DNA from: Oligoflexia bacterium
GTDB lineage: Bacteria > Bdellovibrionota > Bdellovibrionia > JABDDW01
Direction of reading: 5' to 3'
Length of the DNA stretch: 64,000 nt
Assembly (NCBI GenBank): GCA_016715815.1
Contig: JADJXN010000014.1
Location: forward strand, 171,767 to 235,766
Made by a program: the position numbers and the translations under genes. Of the stretch, positions 59,601-64,000 are shown one piece after another. The number at the start of each line of letters is the position of its first letter. Position 1 is the stretch's first letter. Under the pieces are notes generated by a model. The model did not search any database, was not told where the DNA came from, and saw only the letters and a list, made by a program, of their open reading frames with translations.

Positions 59601-60413
59601 ATGGCAAAAAAATCTGGCTACCTACACGGCTATTCTAAAAAAGAGCAACAGCGACTTTACAAACAGGCCCGCTTTTTAGAAAAGTATGTTTATAACGGGG
59701 TTAATTTAAAAAAAAATAAAAACCTCATAGAAGTTGGTTGTGGTGTAGGGGCTCAAACAGAAATCCTTTTAGAACACTTCCCTAAATTAAAGATCACTTG
59801 TGTTGATGCATCATTTGAGCAACTAAAACAGGCAGAAAAACATCTCAAAAAACAAATCAAAAAAAATAAAGTTGATCTTAGTTTGCAAAATGCAATGCAA
59901 ATGGATTTTAAAAATAATACTTTTGACAGCTCCTTTTTATGTTGGTTTTTAGAGCATGTCCCAAACCCTGTTAAAGTGTTAAAAGAAGTTTACAGAGTCA
60001 TGAAAAAGGGTGGAGTTATTTATTGCACTGAGGTGAAGAACTCATCATTTTTTGTTGATCCCTATAGCCCCACCATTTTAAATTACTGGTTTCATTTTAA
60101 TGATGTTCAGTGGCTTATGGGTGGGGATCCTTTTTCTGGGGCAAAGCTTGGAAATTGGTTAAAAAGTGCAGGTTTTAAAAAAATTGAAACTAAAGTAGTT
60201 TCTTTGTTTTTAGATTCTAGAGATAAAAAAACAAGAGCTGCCTTTTTAAACGAATGGACGGCTCTCATGCTAAGTGGAGTGCCAGCCCTTTTAAAAGAAA
60301 AAAGAATCACGCATAGGCTTGTAAAAGAATTAAAAAGAGAAATTACCATACTTAAGAAAACAAAAAACAGTGTGTTTTACTTTGCCTTTGTACAGGCTAG
60401 GGCTGTTAAGTGA
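59601..60413 (+). CDS. class I SAM-dependent methyltransferase
   Basis: Motif I LIEVGCGVGAQT. Confidence 0.75.
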   Translation: MAKKSGYLHGYSKKEQQRLYKQARFLEKYVYNGVNLKKNKNLIEVGCGVGAQTEILLEHFPKLKITCVDASFEQLKQAEKHLKKQIKKNKVDLSLQNAMQMDFKNNTFDSSFLCWFLEHVPNPVKVLKEVYRVMKKGGVIYCTEVKNSSFFVDPYSPTILNYWFHFNDVQWLMGGDPFSGAKLGNWLKSAGFKKIETKVVSLFLDSRDKKTRAAFLNEWTALMLSGVPALLKEKRITHRLVKELKREITILKKTKNSVFYFAFVQARAVK

Positions 60414-60787
60414 GCCAGCTTTTATTGCTAAAAGAAGAACTCTTGCAAAGAGGGGATCTTGAGCTTGAGCTTGAAAAGATATTGCAAAAATTTTACACAG
60501 TAATGGCAAATGATTCCATGATTGGCTTTTTTTTTCAGGGAAAAGACCTAAACAAAATTGTTAATGGGCAAAAAGAGCTCTTACTAACAGCCATGGGGAT
60601 AAAACCTACTTACACAGGGCGCCCTGTAAACCAAGCCCACATGAATTTACCCCCCATACTTGAGGGGCATTTTAACAGACGCCTTGTAATTTTAGAGCAA
60701 ACCCTTAATGAATTTAAATTACGTAAAGATACTGTTCAGAATTGGATAGGGTTTGAAAAAAAATTTGCAAATGTTATAGTCAAATAA
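60410..60787 (+). CDS. truncated (2/2) haemoglobin-like protein
   Basis: FY...GFFF ... PTYTGRP ... QAHMNL ... HF pattern of truncated globins. Confidence 0.55.
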   Translation: MSQLLLLKEELLQRGDLELELEKILQKFYTVMANDSMIGFFFQGKDLNKIVNGQKELLLTAMGIKPTYTGRPVNQAHMNLPPILEGHFNRRLVILEQTLNEFKLRKDTVQNWIGFEKKFANVIVK

Positions 60788-60789
60788 GC

Positions 60790-61185
60790 ATGGAAAACCT
60801 GATTGAATATACCCAAAACTCTTATGATTTTAAAATAACTGTGAAGCCAGCTTATTTACCCGAAAAGTCTAGCCCAGAAGATAATAATTATTTTTTTATT
60901 TATAAAATAAAAATTAAAAATGAAAGTGCAAAACCTGCAAAGCTTATTTCCCGCCACTGGATTATTACAGATGGTAGGGGGCGTGTGGAGCAAGTAGAGG
61001 GTCCAGGTGTCGTGGGAGAGCAGCCAGTAATAGGTGCTGGTGAAGAGTTTGAGTATGTCAGTGCTTGCCCATTAAGCACTCCAACTGGTAATATGAGAGG
61101 TACATATACAATGCAGGCACTTGACGGTATTAAATTTAAAATAACAATACCGGTATTTTTCTTAAGAACAGAGGTTTATCACTAA
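60790..61185 (+). CDS. apaG: ApaG (DUF525) protein
   Basis: ISRHWIITDGRGRVEQVEGPGVVGEQP and GTYTM motifs. Confidence 0.8.
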   Translation: MENLIEYTQNSYDFKITVKPAYLPEKSSPEDNNYFFIYKIKIKNESAKPAKLISRHWIITDGRGRVEQVEGPGVVGEQPVIGAGEEFEYVSACPLSTPTGNMRGTYTMQALDGIKFKITIPVFFLRTEVYH

Positions 61186-61187
61186 AA

Positions 61188-61841
61188 ATGCTGAGGCTAA
61201 AAACAGATCCTAAAGATATTGTAAGCGGCACTACTCACCTTGTGGGAGCTTTTTTGTCTGTTTTTGCTATTTACTATTTAACACTGATTGCAAACTCCAC
61301 TGGTAGCTTTAAACATTGGGCAAGTTTTTTAACTTTTGGTATTTCTATGCTTTTATTATATCTCTCAAGCACAATTTATCATCTTGTGCCTGAATCCCAC
61401 AAAACGAGTCTCATTTTTAAGCGCGTAGATCACATGATGATTTATGTGTTTATTGCTGGTTCTAGTACACCCATAAGTCTTATTGCAGTTGGTGGGAAAT
61501 TAGGGTTTGGTATTTTTTTAGGAATTTGGATTTGTGCTGCTCTAGGCTGTTTACAGAAAATATTTTGGATTCATGCACCTAGATGGTTTTCAACTTTATT
61601 GTATGTTTTAATGGGATGGGCTTTTGGTTTTGTAACAGTCCCTTTAATTAAGCAGCTTTCAATGCAAGGGTTTTTATGGCTTTTAAGTGGTGGAGTTGCT
61701 TATACCGTGGGAGCTTTAATTTACGCTTTTAAATGGCCAGATTTTTCAAATAAATGGTTTGGTTTTCATGAGCTGTTTCATCTTTTTGTAATGTTGGGTA
61801 GCTTTTGCCACTTTTGGACAATTATTTTTTACCTAAAATAA
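61188..61841 (+). CDS. hemolysin III / PAQR-family membrane protein
   Basis: Seven predicted TM helices with conserved His positions (HLVG, YHLVPE, HELFHLF). Confidence 0.7.
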   Translation: MLRLKTDPKDIVSGTTHLVGAFLSVFAIYYLTLIANSTGSFKHWASFLTFGISMLLLYLSSTIYHLVPESHKTSLIFKRVDHMMIYVFIAGSSTPISLIAVGGKLGFGIFLGIWICAALGCLQKIFWIHAPRWFSTLLYVLMGWAFGFVTVPLIKQLSMQGFLWLLSGGVAYTVGALIYAFKWPDFSNKWFGFHELFHLFVMLGSFCHFWTIIFYLK

Positions 61842-62314
61842 AAGTGGAAAATTTTTTAAAATCAAAAATTATTACCCCCCTTGTTTTACAATTAAGACAA
61901 GGTGTGACGCTTAAGAAGCTTTCTTTAAGTTTTGCGTTGGGGGCTACTATTGGAATAATTCCCATATTAGGACCTGCTACACCACTTTGTATTTTGGTGG
62001 GTTTGTTGTTTAAACTAAATCATGTTGCATTACAAGTGGGTAACTATGCTGTTTATGGTTTTCAAATAATTGGAATACCGTTTTTTTTAAAATTTGGAGA
62101 TATTTTATTTAACAAGCCGCCATTTTCTTTAAGCCCAAGCCAAATTAAATCAGAGATAGAAATTTTAGGAGTATTGGATTTTATGCAAAAATTTGCGACT
62201 TCAATTTTGCATGGTAGTTTTTTATGGCTTATGCTGAGCCCTATTTTTATTAGTGCATTTTATTTTATTGCTTATTTTTTAATTAAAAAATGGGGATTTA
62301 AAATTGAGAATTAA
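61805..62314 (+). CDS. hypothetical small membrane protein
   Basis: ORF with several hydrophobic helices; 5' end overlaps upstream gene. Confidence 0.5.
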   Translation: MPLLDNYFLPKIKVENFLKSKIITPLVLQLRQGVTLKKLSLSFALGATIGIIPILGPATPLCILVGLLFKLNHVALQVGNYAVYGFQIIGIPFFLKFGDILFNKPPFSLSPSQIKSEIEILGVLDFMQKFATSILHGSFLWLMLSPIFISAFYFIAYFLIKKWGFKIEN

Positions 62315-62993
62315 TAAATTTCTAACTGAGTCAGGTTTTTGTTCAAGGCGCCAAGCGGATAAACTTATTACTGAGAAACAAGTTAAAATAAATAATAATG
62401 TAGCCTCTCTTGGGGATCAGGTTGGGGAGGGGGATCAAGTTTTTGTTAATGGAAAGCTTGTTGAAAATAAAAACAAAAGAATTTATATTATGTATAACAA
62501 GCCCCGCGGTATTGTGTGCACTACAGATACCAACGAGAAAGACAATATTATTGATGCAATAAAATTTAGGCAAAGAATATTCCCCATTGGCAGGCTAGAT
62601 AAGGACTCTACAGGGCTCATTTTTTTGACCAATGACGGAAATATTGTTAATAAAATTCTACGAGCAGAAAATGGCCATGAAAAGGAGTATTGGGTAAATG
62701 TAGATAAACCCTTTGATGAAGACTTTTTAAAAATAATGTCTCAAGGAGTAGACATTGGTGGCTACATTACTAAGCCCTGCAAACTTAAAAGAGTAAATAA
62801 AAGCACATTTTTAATTACACTCACTGAAGGTAAGAATCGGCAAATTAGGAGAATGTGCGAAAGTTTAAATTACAAAGTACGCCACTTAAAACGCTTGCGC
62901 ATTATGAATGTGTTACTGGGAGATCTTAAAGAAGGTAGGTGGAAAGAAATAGAACCAAAGGATTTAAAAAAAATTTTTGAGTTAGTAAATTAG
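62304..62993 (+). CDS. RsuA/RluF-type pseudouridine synthase with S4 domain
   Basis: S4 N-terminus INKFLTESGFCSRRQADKLI; catalytic motif PIGRLDKDSTGLIFLTNDG. Confidence 0.85.
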   Translation: MRINKFLTESGFCSRRQADKLITEKQVKINNNVASLGDQVGEGDQVFVNGKLVENKNKRIYIMYNKPRGIVCTTDTNEKDNIIDAIKFRQRIFPIGRLDKDSTGLIFLTNDGNIVNKILRAENGHEKEYWVNVDKPFDEDFLKIMSQGVDIGGYITKPCKLKRVNKSTFLITLTEGKNRQIRRMCESLNYKVRHLKRLRIMNVLLGDLKEGRWKEIEPKDLKKIFELVN

Positions 62994-63316
62994 GGAATCC
63001 TTACAACCACATCTTCACTGCCATCAGGGATGCATTGACAACTTAGTCGAGATTGTGCAGTTTTACCCGAGGCATTTTCAAGTTGGTCTTGTTCATCACT
63101 GGTCATGGCGCTGCAGGTATTAAACCCCTTTTCAACAATAACATGGCAGGTAGAGCAAGCAATATTACCACCGCAAACATGCTCCAAATCTACTCCGTGA
63201 GTTAAAGCGATATCTAAAACACTTCCAGGTTGGCCAGTTTCACCGTATGGAAATTTTGAAGGGTCTACATCAACGGTAATGTTGTTGGGCATGAAGGTGA
63301 TTTTATAGTTTTTCAT
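62990..63316 (-). CDS. 2Fe-2S ferredoxin (adrenodoxin/ISC Fdx type)
   Basis: CGGNIACSTCHV and LSCQ cysteine pattern. Confidence 0.8.
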   Translation of the reverse strand: MKNYKITFMPNNITVDVDPSKFPYGETGQPGSVLDIALTHGVDLEHVCGGNIACSTCHVIVEKGFNTCSAMTSDEQDQLENASGKTAQSRLSCQCIPDGSEDVVVRIP

Positions 63317-63327
63317 AGGGCTCCTAA

Positions 63328-63684
63328 TTAATGTTTCTCAGGACCTTTTTCGTAAATACTGTTTTCAACAATATTAAAATAGGTTCTTAGGAGCAGATCA
63401 TATGTATCTTGATCAAGGTTTTCAAGAAATTCCATTTTAGATTGTAAACTTGACTTGGCTATAAAATCAGAAAGAATTTTTTGTATCTTCTGAACATTTT
63501 CAAAAGAGAAAAAGTCAATTTCCTCAGTAGGTCTACTTAACACTCTGCGAATATCTTCATTATCAAAAAGCAAATGAAGACCCTGTGCGGACTGGTTAAA
63601 TAAGTACTCCACCTCATTTAATTGATTTTTATCAATATAGACCATCCCCCTTGCCTCCTTGCAAAGTTTATCCCCTATCTTCAT
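63328..63684 (-). CDS. hypothetical protein
   Basis: ORF only; no motif recognised. Confidence 0.45.
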   Translation of the reverse strand: MKIGDKLCKEARGMVYIDKNQLNEVEYLFNQSAQGLHLLFDNEDIRRVLSRPTEEIDFFSFENVQKIQKILSDFIAKSSLQSKMEFLENLDQDTYDLLLRTYFNIVENSIYEKGPEKH

Positions 63685-63751
63685 TTTAAAGTTTTTAAAA
63701 ATAATGAATCAATAGAAAAAATGTAAGATAAGTCTAGAAGGTCTCTCGACC

Positions 63752-64000
63752 TTAGCCCGCCTTTTTGGTCTCGCTAAAGCTTTGTGGCTCAAGCTGTGCG
63801 TGGAGTGGTAACTCGGGTTGAAAGTGGTGAGCTTGGGCAAAGGATTTTGGCTTAATCACAACTTGGGTGCTACACAATAAATCATGAAGTGCTAGCCTAT
63901 CTTTTCTTACAAGTGGGAGTAAAAAGCCAATGCCATATGTCCAACTGCTTAAAAGGTAAGAAAGAGATCTCCAATAAGACTCTTTAAGTGTAAGTGGCTT
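63752..64000 (-). CDS. 3' end of a gene continuing beyond the window (partial, not in ORF track)
   Basis: Hand translation of minus strand gives an open frame from window edge to TAA at 63752-63754. Confidence 0.3.
   Translation of the reverse strand, partial: KPLTLKESYWRSLSYLLSSWTYGIGFLLPLVRKDRLALHDLLCSTQVVIKPKSFAQAHHFQPELPLHAQLEPQSFSETKKAG

Noticed and set aside
1-64000. CRISPR arrays, rRNA genes, IS elements/transposases/integrases
   Set aside because: No regularly spaced direct repeats, no rRNA-like conserved stretches, and no ORF with transposase/integrase/recombinase motifs were seen anywhere in the window.

Overview
AT-rich bacterial chromosomal window (low GC by eye, dense coding, short intergenic gaps, no rRNA, CRISPR or recognisable transposase/integrase). 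Gene content is consistent with, but does not prove, a Bdellovibrio/Bacteriovorax-like predatory bacterium: many signal-peptide hydrolases, a MoxR-Bat operon, RNase Y. Order of main features: (1) MoxR-DUF58-BatA/B/C/D operon (MoxR truncated at the window start); (2) divergent GT2/GT-C glycosyltransferase pair; (3) Slt and MltD(LysM) lytic transglycosylases plus two secreted hypotheticals; (4) apbC on the opposite strand; (5) a tight glyQS-ppdK-smc-ftsY block; (6) Na/Pi cotransporter and S41 protease; (7) three adjacent secreted phosphoesterase-type hydrolases (EEP, metallophosphoesterase-like, HAD-like); (8) zapA - short non-coding gap - 5-formyl-THF cyclo-ligase - rny - tyrS, with a structured repeat element in front of tyrS; (9) fabH, iscA-type carrier, cysteine desulfurase; (10) a heptose-type nucleotide-sugar/glycosyltransferase cluster and queF; (11) an RluA-type pseudouridine synthase fused to an RlmI-type methyltransferase; (12) a tRNA-Arg(TCG) flanked by an accessory-looking block (NYN protein, secreted proteins, outer-membrane protein, LuxR-type solo regulator, Cys/His hydrolase-like protein with a coupled small partner, M14 carboxypeptidase); (13) BFD-like and Nfu Fe-S proteins, a DUF222-HNH endonuclease interrupted by one in-frame TAG, nrnA, greA, truncated haemoglobin, apaG, hemolysin-III, pseudouridine synthase, ferredoxin. 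All functional calls come from motifs read in the supplied translations; no database search was run. No single locus can be named with confidence as a new system; the best candidates are listed in findings.
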